Shown here: positions 40,131-49,395 of the stretch, piece after piece
Layout: every line of letters starts with the position of its first letter
Position numbering within the stretch: position 1 is the stretch's first letter
Assembly: GCA_965204435.1 (NCBI GenBank)
Contig: OZ241997.1
Span: forward strand, 1,948,154 to 2,012,153
DNA from: Bryobacterales bacterium
Lineage (GTDB): Bacteria > Acidobacteriota > Terriglobia > Bryobacterales > UBA6623
Length of the DNA stretch: 64,000 bases
Reading direction: 5' to 3'
Position numbers and translations under genes: made by a program
The notes under the pieces: generated by a model
Told to the model about the DNA's origin: nothing
What the model saw: the letters and a program-made list of their open reading frames with translations, nothing else
The model's database searches: none

Positions 40131-41504
40131 GTGCACGATAGCCAACAGCCGGAAATAAACCAGCTCCACGACAGTTGCGGGGTATACACCAAGCCCCCGG
40201 TTGTCCGCCGGATTCTCGATGCGATCGGTTGGACGACCGATGCCGACCTGTCAAGGTCCAAGCTGTTGGAGCCCGCAGCGGGGAACGGCCAGTTCGTTAT
40301 CGAAGCTGCACGGCGCCTCGTCATTTCCTTGCGTAGGCACCAGATACCCTTGTTGGCGGCCACACTCTCGCCGCGCATCGATGCATTCGAACTCCACGCA
40401 GGCGCCTGCACCGAGGCCCGACAAAGAACGAACATCGCCCTCAAGAAACTCGGCGTACATCCAGCGACTGCATCTGCTTGCGCTAGGTATTGGTACTCCA
40501 ATTCCGACTATTTGTTCACCGATCCCACCACGCGTCTCTACACCCACGCCGTTGGCAATCCGCCCTACATCAGGTGGGCCAAGATCCCCGAGAGACTGAA
40601 GGAAACCTATAATGACCAATTACCGGACGAGATGACGGGCGGTGACCTCTTCCTCCCTTTCCTCGACCTCGCACTTGAGCAGCTTCGACCCCAAGGCCGT
40701 GTCGGATTTCTTTGTTCCGACCGATGGCGATTCATGGCCTTCGCCGATGCGTTTCGAGGCAAGTGGCTCCCGCACTTGGCCATTTCCTCGGAACAGTCCC
40801 TCCCAGCCACCGAAGCATTCCTGTCGGAGGTCGACTCGTACCCGTCGATCCTAGTCGCGACAAAACGACCATCACCTTGTCCAGCTGGAAGGCTTCTCCC
40901 CGCCGGCTCGCCCAGCACACTCCACGAATTGGGTTACACCGTCAAGGTCGGGCCAGCACTCGGACATAGCCCCGCATTTGTTCTAGAACCTGGCGAGAAC
41001 GATGTCGAGCCCGAGTTGCTCCGGCCCTGGATTAACGCCTCCGATATCTCCGAAGGCTCTATCACGTCCCGTGGTCGCCGGGTTGTGACCATTTGGGACG
41101 ACGATGGCCAACTTCTTGACCTTGGACGCTTTCCTATGCTGTCGAAGCGCCTACGTCGTTTTTCCGCTGTGTTGCGGCAACGATTCGTCGTGCGCAAGGG
41201 CGGCGTTTGGTACCGAACAATCGACAGAGTAAGGGCCCACGACTGGACCCGCCCCAAGCTGCTGGTTCCGGAAATCGCCAAGCTTCCTCGCGTTGCCATT
41301 GATCGGTCCGGAGCGATCCCTTCCCATGGCGTCTACGCTATTTTCGCTCCTGACGACGATGTAGATGCGCTCTACTCTCGCCTATGCGACGGGAAGCTCG
41401 CGCACGCCCTGCAGGATATAGCCCCCAAGATCAAGGGCGGCTACATCCGGTGCTACAAGCGTTTTCTATTGGCTGCACGGATCCCGAACGCTCGGCCCGA
41501 CTAG
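40131..41504 (+). CDS. N6-adenine DNA methyltransferase, gamma class (M.PaeR7I/XhoI/Eco57I-like)
   Basis: GVYTK, LLEPAAGNGQF, GNPPYIR, CSDRW, WYRTIDR...PKLLVPEI. Confidence 0.88.
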   Translation: MHDSQQPEINQLHDSCGVYTKPPVVRRILDAIGWTTDADLSRSKLLEPAAGNGQFVIEAARRLVISLRRHQIPLLAATLSPRIDAFELHAGACTEARQRTNIALKKLGVHPATASACARYWYSNSDYLFTDPTTRLYTHAVGNPPYIRWAKIPERLKETYNDQLPDEMTGGDLFLPFLDLALEQLRPQGRVGFLCSDRWRFMAFADAFRGKWLPHLAISSEQSLPATEAFLSEVDSYPSILVATKRPSPCPAGRLLPAGSPSTLHELGYTVKVGPALGHSPAFVLEPGENDVEPELLRPWINASDISEGSITSRGRRVVTIWDDDGQLLDLGRFPMLSKRLRRFSAVLRQRFVVRKGGVWYRTIDRVRAHDWTRPKLLVPEIAKLPRVAIDRSGAIPSHGVYAIFAPDDDVDALYSRLCDGKLAHALQDIAPKIKGGYIRCYKRFLLAARIPNARPD

Positions 41505-41618
41505 CCATCAGCATGTCCTCCACTCGCCTTCTTTCCTCCGCTCCTACCACAGCTCCGAACCCCGCATCCCCGACGCTGCGCTGCTCGAACACGCTGGATC
41601 GGTAGCACTCAGTCAAGC

Positions 41619-43805
41619 ATGGAACGTCTTAACTTCACGATTGACTCTCACCTCCTTCTGGAACTTGGCGAACGCCTCGTTGGTCGCCCCTATATCGCCC
41701 TAGCCGAACTGGTCAAGAACGCTTTCGACGCTGACGCCAATCATTGCGAGATCTTCCTTTATGACAACGAGATCGAGGTTTGCGACGACGGGCATGGCAT
41801 GACCTTCGCTGAATTTCGAGACTTTTGGATGCGCATCGGAACAACGAACAAGGTCAAGCAGCAGCTGTCCAGGGTGTACGGGCGCCCGTTGACCGGATCA
41901 AAAGGCATCGGTCGGCTCGCCGTTCAGTTCCTTGCCAAAAAGGTCGAGATCGTCACCACATCGGCCCTCACCAACGAACGCGTCTACGCGGAAGTCGACT
42001 GGGACAAAGCCATAGAGGCCGGAGACCTCACCGAAGCTGTTGCTCACTACAGCGTTTCCAACAAACGCGAGACGTACGCAAACAGCTGCGAAAACGGCAC
42101 GAGGATCAGGCTAAAGACGCTGAACCACGACTGGTCGTACGACGAAGACGATCACGACTCGCCAGTACGTTCCCTAGCTCGCGAAGTGTGGATGCTCCAG
42201 CCCCCGTTCGCCGACGCGACCCGAGGCGATCATAGGACGCCGGAGGCATTCAGCATCAACCTGCTCGCCAATGACGAGCGGGTCGAACATCTGTTCCAAG
42301 ACCAGCTGTCAAAGGTCCTGGAAGTCTGGGACGCGAAGATTGCGGGCGAGATACGTAGCGGCCGCTCACGAAACCGCTGCGCCGTCGCGATCACGTTTCG
42401 TGACGGCGACAGCTACAACATCGACATTCCTATTGAGCCAGATCAAATTGATTGCTGCGACTTCGAGATCAGGATATTCAAGCTCTACGGCAAGCAGCCG
42501 GAGGGGGTACCCGTTGACGAAGCGAGGGCGTATTTCAAGGAATTTGGGGGCGTCCACGTTTACGATGGCGGTTTTCGACTTCCTTACTACGGTATCGAGC
42601 AGGACTGGCTCGCGATCCAACTGGATCATTCCCGTCGCCTCTCCCTCTCCAGCCTGCTGCCCACCGAGCTCAACGTGCCTCTCGCGATGCACGACCTTCC
42701 AACCACCGAGCGAATGTTCGGTGTCGTCAACATCGGCACTACGCTCGAGTTCCGACGCGCTGGTACCGCCGCAAAAAGAACCGGAAATCTGCTCAAGATC
42801 AACATCGGCAGGGACCGGCTCGTGGATAACTCCGCCTACCAAGAACTGAGACGCGTTGTCCGGTGGTCCATCGACTACTACGCCACCCGCTACCAACTTC
42901 GACAAGAGCGTGAAGTCTCCCGCCTACGGCCGAAGGAAGCCCCAGACGCGAAGCTCGACCGTTTGCGGAAGACGATCGCCGAGATCAAGCCATCCGTACC
43001 CGCGCCGCTGCACACCAAGCTCGTCCATGAAGTCGAAGACTACTACGACGGCCTAGAGAAGGAGAACAGGTACGTCGAACGCCAGACGGCGCTCCTCGCT
43101 CCGCTCGCCGCGGCGGGCCTCGCATCCCTTGCCTTCGAACACGAAAACAACAGGCAGCTACGCCGTCTCGACCGGTTGGTGAGCCAACTCTCGGAAGTTC
43201 CCTTGGACGCGGCTACCGACCCGAAGACGGTAGACCAAATAGTCACGGACTTCCGCAGTTGGATCCGCCAGTACAGGGAAACCCGACGCCTGTTTACATC
43301 CCTCACAACGTCCGAAGACCGCGAGGACGCGAGGCGACTCAGAGCCAAAGCGACGGTCGAGATCGTACTTCACAACACCAAGCCCCTGCTCAGGCAGCTC
43401 GACGCGGACATCTCCGACATCCCGGATGGCCTGCTTCTACCAACGGCCACAATGGCCGACTGGCAAGCCTTATTCCAGAACGTCTTCGTCAATGCTTCTA
43501 ATGCAATGCTCGACTCCCCAATCAAGAGGCTCCGCATCACGGGCGGCGCACTTTCTCGTTCTCGCAGCCACCTGACGATCAGCGATACCGGCGTTGGCGT
43601 GGACCTCAACGATTCGGACGCCTTGTTCGAACCCTTCATGCGACGGTTAGAAGTGTCCGAGGAGCGAAGATCGCTCGGCCTAGGCGGAATGGGGCTCGGC
43701 CTGACAATCGTTCGGATGATCTGCGAAGCTAGGAATTGTAGATATGGTTTCGTCGAACCCGGCCGCGATTACGCTTCCGCGTTCCAACTAACTTGGGGGA
43801 GGTAA
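41619..43805 (+). CDS. GHKL (MORC/MutL-type) ATPase fused to a C-terminal histidine kinase
   Basis: N-terminal ELVKNAFDAD, DDGHGM, GSKGIGRLA; C-terminal H-box FEHE, N-box NASNA, DTGVG, FEPF, GMGLGL; no TM segment. Confidence 0.92.
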   Translation: MERLNFTIDSHLLLELGERLVGRPYIALAELVKNAFDADANHCEIFLYDNEIEVCDDGHGMTFAEFRDFWMRIGTTNKVKQQLSRVYGRPLTGSKGIGRLAVQFLAKKVEIVTTSALTNERVYAEVDWDKAIEAGDLTEAVAHYSVSNKRETYANSCENGTRIRLKTLNHDWSYDEDDHDSPVRSLAREVWMLQPPFADATRGDHRTPEAFSINLLANDERVEHLFQDQLSKVLEVWDAKIAGEIRSGRSRNRCAVAITFRDGDSYNIDIPIEPDQIDCCDFEIRIFKLYGKQPEGVPVDEARAYFKEFGGVHVYDGGFRLPYYGIEQDWLAIQLDHSRRLSLSSLLPTELNVPLAMHDLPTTERMFGVVNIGTTLEFRRAGTAAKRTGNLLKINIGRDRLVDNSAYQELRRVVRWSIDYYATRYQLRQEREVSRLRPKEAPDAKLDRLRKTIAEIKPSVPAPLHTKLVHEVEDYYDGLEKENRYVERQTALLAPLAAAGLASLAFEHENNRQLRRLDRLVSQLSEVPLDAATDPKTVDQIVTDFRSWIRQYRETRRLFTSLTTSEDREDARRLRAKATVEIVLHNTKPLLRQLDADISDIPDGLLLPTATMADWQALFQNVFVNASNAMLDSPIKRLRITGGALSRSRSHLTISDTGVGVDLNDSDALFEPFMRRLEVSEERRSLGLGGMGLGLTIVRMICEARNCRYGFVEPGRDYASAFQLTWGR

Positions 43806-43813
43806 GCAGCCCG

Positions 43814-45046
43814 ATGGCGACGACAATCAGCATATGGGATGACGATACTGAGGTCGCTTTAGATTGGAAACGAAAGATCGAACGCCTCCTCAACAACCGG
43901 GAAATCTGTATCAAGGCGTTTGATGTAGATGAGATCAGTCATGAGTTGCATGTCCTCCACGCACGTCGGGAGGCGTACCTGCGCCCCGACGGGAGTGAGC
44001 CAGATGAATCGTCCGAACTGGACGGTACCGATGTGCTCATCGTCGACAACGACCTGTTCCATCTCCGAGACTTCAACGATTTCTCTGCAGAAATGGTAGC
44101 CACCCGCGCTGGTGTCTACACCGACTGTGGCTCAATCGTTGTTCTCAATCTCAACCCCGACCTCGATTTCGACCTTACCCTCCTTGACAATCCCGACAGC
44201 AAAGCAGACCTCCATGTCAACGACAAATACGTAGCCGATCCGGGCCTTTGGGAGCAGTGTCCGAAGGAGAATGGAACCTTCAGACCATGGCACTGGCCTT
44301 TGCTCCTCAGCGAAGCACAGCGACACAAGATCAGAGTCGACGCACTCCACCGAATGCTCTGTGACGGGGACTCAGAACAGCCGATACTAGATCATCTGCA
44401 GTTTCCCGAAGAGGCCAGACGACGCCTCTCACGATTCGCAAGAGCGTTCTTGCACCCTCTGCGGAACGACACCGAGGAGGTTTCCTTTCCGCAGTTTGTG
44501 CACAGGAACGCACGAGCCGTCGCGCTTAAGGATGGCGAGATGATCACACGGCGAAACGACATCAGAAAGGTCGCCCGTATAGGTGCTCGCCGCATCTACA
44601 AGTGGCTGGCTCGCCTCGTCCTTGGACCGCAGGACGTTCTCATCGACTTCCCCCACCTTATCGAGAAGCTCCCGTTCATCGTTCCCCCGGACCACTCGAC
44701 GTCCCTTGAGTATTGGAACTCCTGCGCATCCATACACGATGCTCCCGTCAATCTTGTCTCCGACGAACTCTCCGTCACGGCTCTTCAGGCCCCGGACTGG
44801 TCCGACCGACCAATGTTCTGGTCCCACGACTTCGAGCGAAACGACATCCTTGAGCGGGTTCTCAGTGCCGTCGATCCCAATCCAGAGCGGTTCGTGTTCT
44901 GCGAAGACTCCTCCGCCTTCCATCAGTCTGACCTATGCCATCGGTTCGTCGCCGCTCACAACACAGCCTCCGACGACCGGTTTGTGCGATGGCTACGTGA
45001 AGCCGAGGATGTCAGATTCGGTCCTCAAAGCCGCCTAGCTATCTAG
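43814..45046 (+). CDS. Receiver (REC)-domain protein with a ~280-aa unknown C-terminal region
   Basis: ISIWDDD acidic pocket, DVLIVDNDL putative phospho-acceptor Asp; 8 bp after the kinase stop. Confidence 0.75.
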   Translation: MATTISIWDDDTEVALDWKRKIERLLNNREICIKAFDVDEISHELHVLHARREAYLRPDGSEPDESSELDGTDVLIVDNDLFHLRDFNDFSAEMVATRAGVYTDCGSIVVLNLNPDLDFDLTLLDNPDSKADLHVNDKYVADPGLWEQCPKENGTFRPWHWPLLLSEAQRHKIRVDALHRMLCDGDSEQPILDHLQFPEEARRRLSRFARAFLHPLRNDTEEVSFPQFVHRNARAVALKDGEMITRRNDIRKVARIGARRIYKWLARLVLGPQDVLIDFPHLIEKLPFIVPPDHSTSLEYWNSCASIHDAPVNLVSDELSVTALQAPDWSDRPMFWSHDFERNDILERVLSAVDPNPERFVFCEDSSAFHQSDLCHRFVAAHNTASDDRFVRWLREAEDVRFGPQSRLAI

Positions 45047-45066
45047 CTGACAGAGCACGATTTGGA

Positions 45067-45717
45067 ATGAACCAACACGACATCACAGGAGCGAAGTTAC
45101 TAATTCGGTTTCTCTGCAGAAACGGTCTCAGGTGGTATCGCAAGAACACACAGATTACGCCTTGGTCTCAAACCTTCGAGGCGATCGGAGACACCTTCAC
45201 AATATACGGGAACCCAGACGCTGTGGACAGCGCCTTCATCCCGACGAAGCCTCCCGGAAAGGGCTTGGTGGGCGAGATTGACGGTCCACATATCCTCCTT
45301 GAGCCACCGTCTAGGAACCCGCACATTGTTTGTTTGCTCGGCATCCGTTGGGCATTGAGCGCCGGATCGACGCAAATGAGCCTCTACCTACACATGTTCG
45401 GTCAGTCTCGGCTCAACGGCGTGAACACTTGGCATCGCGGCTACCGATTGGAGTTGCCCCACAGCAACGGCGCTCACAGCTACACCCATGTCCAGCCCGT
45501 TACGACCCTCGGCTGGGCGGTGCGAACACCCATGCCGTTCGAGGACCAGAGCGTCCCTGACGCCTTTCCATCGTTTCCGCTGCGCGGCCACAACCTCACG
45601 ACACTGTGCGCCGCCTTGGCAGTTGCGCTGCATGGTACCGACGTGTTGACCGAGGTTATCGATCAATTGAAGGGGCACCAATTCCAAACCCTGGTGAGGG
45701 GTCTTTTCCTCAACTAG
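45067..45717 (+). CDS. Hypothetical protein with GYRLE.P...H.YTHVQ motif (candidate effector)
   Basis: 216-aa ORF 20 bp after the REC gene, same strand; no family confidently recognised. Confidence 0.75.
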   Translation: MNQHDITGAKLLIRFLCRNGLRWYRKNTQITPWSQTFEAIGDTFTIYGNPDAVDSAFIPTKPPGKGLVGEIDGPHILLEPPSRNPHIVCLLGIRWALSAGSTQMSLYLHMFGQSRLNGVNTWHRGYRLELPHSNGAHSYTHVQPVTTLGWAVRTPMPFEDQSVPDAFPSFPLRGHNLTTLCAALAVALHGTDVLTEVIDQLKGHQFQTLVRGLFLN

Positions 45718-45870
45718 CCCGAGCCGCGACACGTAACGGCGACGAACGATCCAAGAATCGGACCGCCAACGTCGGAACGCCCCTTAGTCGTTTGCCTCGC
45801 ACTCTCAAACTACATAGACCTCTTACCCCTTCGCTCGCAATCCACTGATGAGCCTGACGCCCCGCTCCCC

Positions 45871-46255
45871 CTAGCGCCAATTCCCCCTCTATCGATTCGC
45901 GGACACTGGGGGAGAACGCCGAAGCGGCGGCACGCAATCGGATGGGGCGCGGCTGTGTCACCTCGACTCTGGTCTCCCCCTCGCGCCATGCTAGCGGGAT
46001 CGGAACCGGCTCCAGCCTCGCGCTCTGCAAGCCGGCTTCTCGAAACGACCGCAGGCCCCACTGCAGGGCGTCCTGCATGCCCGCGGTGCCGGCCATGCGC
46101 GGGCCGATCGAGTCGCACAGGGTCCGCAAGTCGGCCTCGAGGCCACGCGACGTGCGCACGGATGTCTCGACCTGTCCGACGACCGCCGGGACGGCCAGCT
46201 CGGCTGCCAAACCCGCCAGCAACAAAGCGCGGATGGGAGGACGGAAGGGCAACAA
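45871..46255 (-). pseudogene. 3'-truncated duplicate of the M28 peptidase gene (first ~128 codons)
   Basis: MLPFRPPIRALL...GELAL identical to 31128-32609 apart from 4 residues, then runs into island sequence. Confidence 0.9.
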
Positions 46256-46316
46256 GCAAGTGAAGGTACCACAGGCCGGGCCTTAAAGTCCCTGTAGTAC
46301 GCTGTACGCCATGAGC
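45871..46316. repeat. 446-bp direct repeat, right copy
   Basis: Matches 32225-32670. Confidence 0.95.
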
Positions 46317-47621
46317 CAAGCCACTCGACGGACGTTCCTTAGCGGGGCCGGAGCGGTCGCGGCGAGCCGTGCGTTTCCGGTGGTTGGAGCCAACGACACC
46401 GTGAACTTGGCGGTCATCGGCACCGGCGGGCGCGGGCGCGGGCATCTCGGATACTTCTCCGAAGTGCCAGGGGCCAGAATCGCCGCGGTCTGCGACGTCA
46501 ACCAAGCCGCGCGCGAGCGCGCATCGGCCATGGTCCGCAAGCTTCAAGACAGCGCTCCCAAGGAATACGGGGACATGCGCAAGCTGTTCGAGGACAGGGA
46601 TATCGACGCCGTGTCGGTGGCAACGCCCAATCACTGGCACGCTCTGACGACCATCTGGGCCTGCCAGGCTGGCAAGGACGTGTATGTGGAAAAACCGGCC
46701 AGCCACAACGCATTCGAGGGCGAGCAGATGGTCAAGGCCGCCCGCAAGTACAAGCGCATGGTGCAGGTCGGCTCCCAGAGCCGCTCGATCGGTCACAAGC
46801 GCAAGGCGATCGCCATGCTCCGCGAGGGCGCGATTGGCGAGGTGTACATGGCTCGCGGACTGTGCTTCCGCCGCAGGAAGTCGATCGGTCACACGCCCGA
46901 GGAACCGGTTCCTGCCGGCCTAGACTGGGACCTGTTCCTAGGGCCCGCTCCCATGCGGCCCTACAGCAAGAACCGCTTCGCTTACAACTGGCACTGGTTC
47001 TGGGACACCGGCAACGGCGATATCGGCAACCAGGGCGTGCATGAGATCGACATTTGCCGCTGGGGACTGGCCGAGTACGGCAGGCCCAGGGCGATCTCCT
47101 CGAGCGGCGGCAAGTTCGTCTGGAAGGACGACCAAGAGACGCCCAACACGCAGCAGGCGCACTTTCGCTTCGACAAGTCCGAGATCGTCTTCGACGTGCG
47201 CAACCTGCCCAGCCCCAACGAGGGCGGCGCGCCCTTGCGCGGCAGCAACTACGTGGGCAACATCTTCTTCGGCGACCAAGGCTACATGGTCTTGGATCCC
47301 TACGGATTTCGTGTCTTCATGGGGGACGAGCGGCAGAAGACCCACGAGGAAGAGCCTCACGAAGACAAGATCTGGGACCCCCGCCCGCACATGGCCAACT
47401 TCGTGGAGGCGGTGCGCTCGCGGAATCACTACGCGCTGAACGCCGACGTGCAGATCGGAGCGGCCGCAGCCGAACTGTGCCACCTTGCGAATATCAGCTA
47501 CCGTTGCGGGCAGCAGTTGCACACAGACCGGGAGACCGGACAATTTGTCGGCAACGGAATGGCCAACGAGATGCTCTCGCGCCGCTACCGACTCCCTTAC
47601 GTGGTGCCCGAAACGGTCTGA
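46311..47621 (+). CDS. Gfo/Idh/MocA oxidoreductase (Tat signal)
   Basis: TRRTFL, GTGGRG, ATPNHWH, YVEKP, DWDLFLGPAP. Confidence 0.92.
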   Translation: MSQATRRTFLSGAGAVAASRAFPVVGANDTVNLAVIGTGGRGRGHLGYFSEVPGARIAAVCDVNQAARERASAMVRKLQDSAPKEYGDMRKLFEDRDIDAVSVATPNHWHALTTIWACQAGKDVYVEKPASHNAFEGEQMVKAARKYKRMVQVGSQSRSIGHKRKAIAMLREGAIGEVYMARGLCFRRRKSIGHTPEEPVPAGLDWDLFLGPAPMRPYSKNRFAYNWHWFWDTGNGDIGNQGVHEIDICRWGLAEYGRPRAISSSGGKFVWKDDQETPNTQQAHFRFDKSEIVFDVRNLPSPNEGGAPLRGSNYVGNIFFGDQGYMVLDPYGFRVFMGDERQKTHEEEPHEDKIWDPRPHMANFVEAVRSRNHYALNADVQIGAAAAELCHLANISYRCGQQLHTDRETGQFVGNGMANEMLSRRYRLPYVVPETV

Positions 47622-47654
47622 GCCGGGCCCGCACAGAGCGGCTGAACAGCGCCC

Positions 47655-48014
47655 TCACCGCCAATACTGCGTGCCAAGGCCGGCGAGCAGGCCGCCAATC
47701 GCGCCGACAACGGGAAACGCCATGAATGTCGCGATTGCCCGGACCACCCCGAACCTGCCCGGCCAAAGCGTCAAGGCGCACTGCGAGACAACGATGGCAC
47801 CAAATGACAGCTGGCCGAGCAACCCCTCGTCCAAGCACCACGGGCAGTGGGGCGGCGCGGCATTGTGAATGTTGCAATGCTGTGCCGCTCCCGCCCAGAG
47901 AGCTTCGCAGCCGCAGCGGTACAACAGATCGCAGAACTGAATGAAGAACACGTGCGCGACGCCAGCTGCCGCGCCGAGCACGGCGAGTCTCACCAGCAGC
48001 TTTCGGGACATCAT
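47655..48014 (-). CDS. Small membrane protein with Cys/His motifs
   Basis: CDLLYRCGC...CNIH...HCPWC, 3 TM; ATGA overlap with the upstream gene. Confidence 0.7.
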   Translation of the reverse strand: MMSRKLLVRLAVLGAAAGVAHVFFIQFCDLLYRCGCEALWAGAAQHCNIHNAAPPHCPWCLDEGLLGQLSFGAIVVSQCALTLWPGRFGVVRAIATFMAFPVVGAIGGLLAGLGTQYWR

Positions 48015-48844
48015 TCCGCCACCGCCTCGCGGATGTACGCGGGCCGGTCGGTCGTGATGCCGGCCACGCCCAGATCCCGCAGCCCGCGCGCCTGTTCCGC
48101 ATCATTGACGGTGTAGACATAGAGCGCCTTACCCAGCTTGCGCAACGCATCCGCCAGGTTGGCCGTCCACTCGCCGCTGTGCCTGACGTCGAGTCCGTCG
48201 AGCGAGGCCTGCTCAACCCGCTGCAGCAGGTCGGCCTGCGACCGCACGCGATAGGCTTCCGCCTCTCGCCCCGAGAATCCGTACAGCCAATAACAGCGCC
48301 GATCCGGCATGCGTCGCTTCGCCTCGCTGATCGTGTCGTAGTCGAACGCGATCAGCATGACTCGCTCCCGCTTTCCGGATGCATCCAGCACCCTTTCCAG
48401 CTCCGGCAGAACGTCTCTGGAGCACTTGATCTCTACTACGAGGGTCTTGCCGGACGGGACCGTCTCGAGTACTTGCTCCAATGTCGGGATCCGGGTGCCC
48501 GACCACTGCGCCCCCTTCCACGCTCCGGCGTCCAATAGCAGCAACTGGTCCAACCGCATGTCAGCTACAACGCCCTGCTGGCCGGTCACCCGCTTGGTGT
48601 CGCTGTCGTGGATGGCGACGATCTTACCGTCGCTTGTCTGGTGGATATCGACCTCCACCGCGTCCGCGCCTCGCTGCCAGCCCAGTTCTACCGCCGGCAG
48701 GGTGTTCTCGGGGGCGTCGTAGGAGGCGCCGCGATGGGCCACGATCTCAACCGCGGCCGCGCTGAGGGGCAACCAGACAAGCGCCCCGGCCAGCACGGCC
48801 GGCCGGCCCGGACGCCGAGCCTGCGCAGCGAGTGAACGCTTCAT
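48011..48844 (-). CDS. Glycerophosphodiester phosphodiesterase
   Basis: VAHRGAS...PENT, EVD, HD, EIK, YTVN, TTDRP. Confidence 0.93.
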   Translation of the reverse strand: MKRSLAAQARRPGRPAVLAGALVWLPLSAAAVEIVAHRGASYDAPENTLPAVELGWQRGADAVEVDIHQTSDGKIVAIHDSDTKRVTGQQGVVADMRLDQLLLLDAGAWKGAQWSGTRIPTLEQVLETVPSGKTLVVEIKCSRDVLPELERVLDASGKRERVMLIAFDYDTISEAKRRMPDRRCYWLYGFSGREAEAYRVRSQADLLQRVEQASLDGLDVRHSGEWTANLADALRKLGKALYVYTVNDAEQARGLRDLGVAGITTDRPAYIREAVAE

Positions 48845-48879
48845 CAGCGGCTATACTACCAGTCTGTCAGAGGGTGGAA

Positions 48880-49338
48880 ATGAAGTACTGTACGCAGTGT
48901 GGCGCCGAACTGGCCGGCACCCGCTACTGCGGGCAGTGCGGAGCTCGCACCGACCACGGGAGCGGTACCGCCTGGAACGAGGCTGGAACGGACGCGGGGT
49001 CGGAACTGGACGGCTTTGACGAGAGGCAGATCGGGCTGCTGGCTTACTTCACGCCGGTCCCGGCACTGGCGCTGCTCATCATCGAGCCATACAGCCGCAA
49101 CAGGTTCGTACGGTTCCACAGCTACCAATGCTTGCTGCTGACGCTGTCATCCATCGTTCTGGCGAGCCTGACCTGGACACTCTCCTTCATCTTCCTCGAG
49201 GGCTTGCTATCGAACCTGATGCACCTCGTGCTGGCGGCAGGCTGGGTGTGGGCAGCCTACATGGCGTGGCAAGGACAGGAGTGGAAAGTGCCGATCATCG
49301 GCGAGTTGGCGAGTCGCAAGGCGATGCGGCCCGACTAG
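48880..49338 (+). CDS. Zinc-ribbon + DUF4870-type membrane protein
   Basis: CTQCG...CGQCG; LAY...FVRFHSYQ...KVPIIG. Confidence 0.8.
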   Translation: MKYCTQCGAELAGTRYCGQCGARTDHGSGTAWNEAGTDAGSELDGFDERQIGLLAYFTPVPALALLIIEPYSRNRFVRFHSYQCLLLTLSSIVLASLTWTLSFIFLEGLLSNLMHLVLAAGWVWAAYMAWQGQEWKVPIIGELASRKAMRPD

Positions 49339-49395
49339 CTGCAAGGCCTCGCGCTTCAAGCCTGGGGGCTTTGAACCGCCCGGCGCACACCGGGC

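Larger units (their letters stand above)
32671..45870. mobile_element. Defence genomic island (~13.2 kb) bounded by 446-bp direct repeats; no integrase recognised
   Basis: Flanking duplication, RM/methyltransferase cargo, visibly lower GC and weaker codon bias from hsdS onward. Confidence 0.8.
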
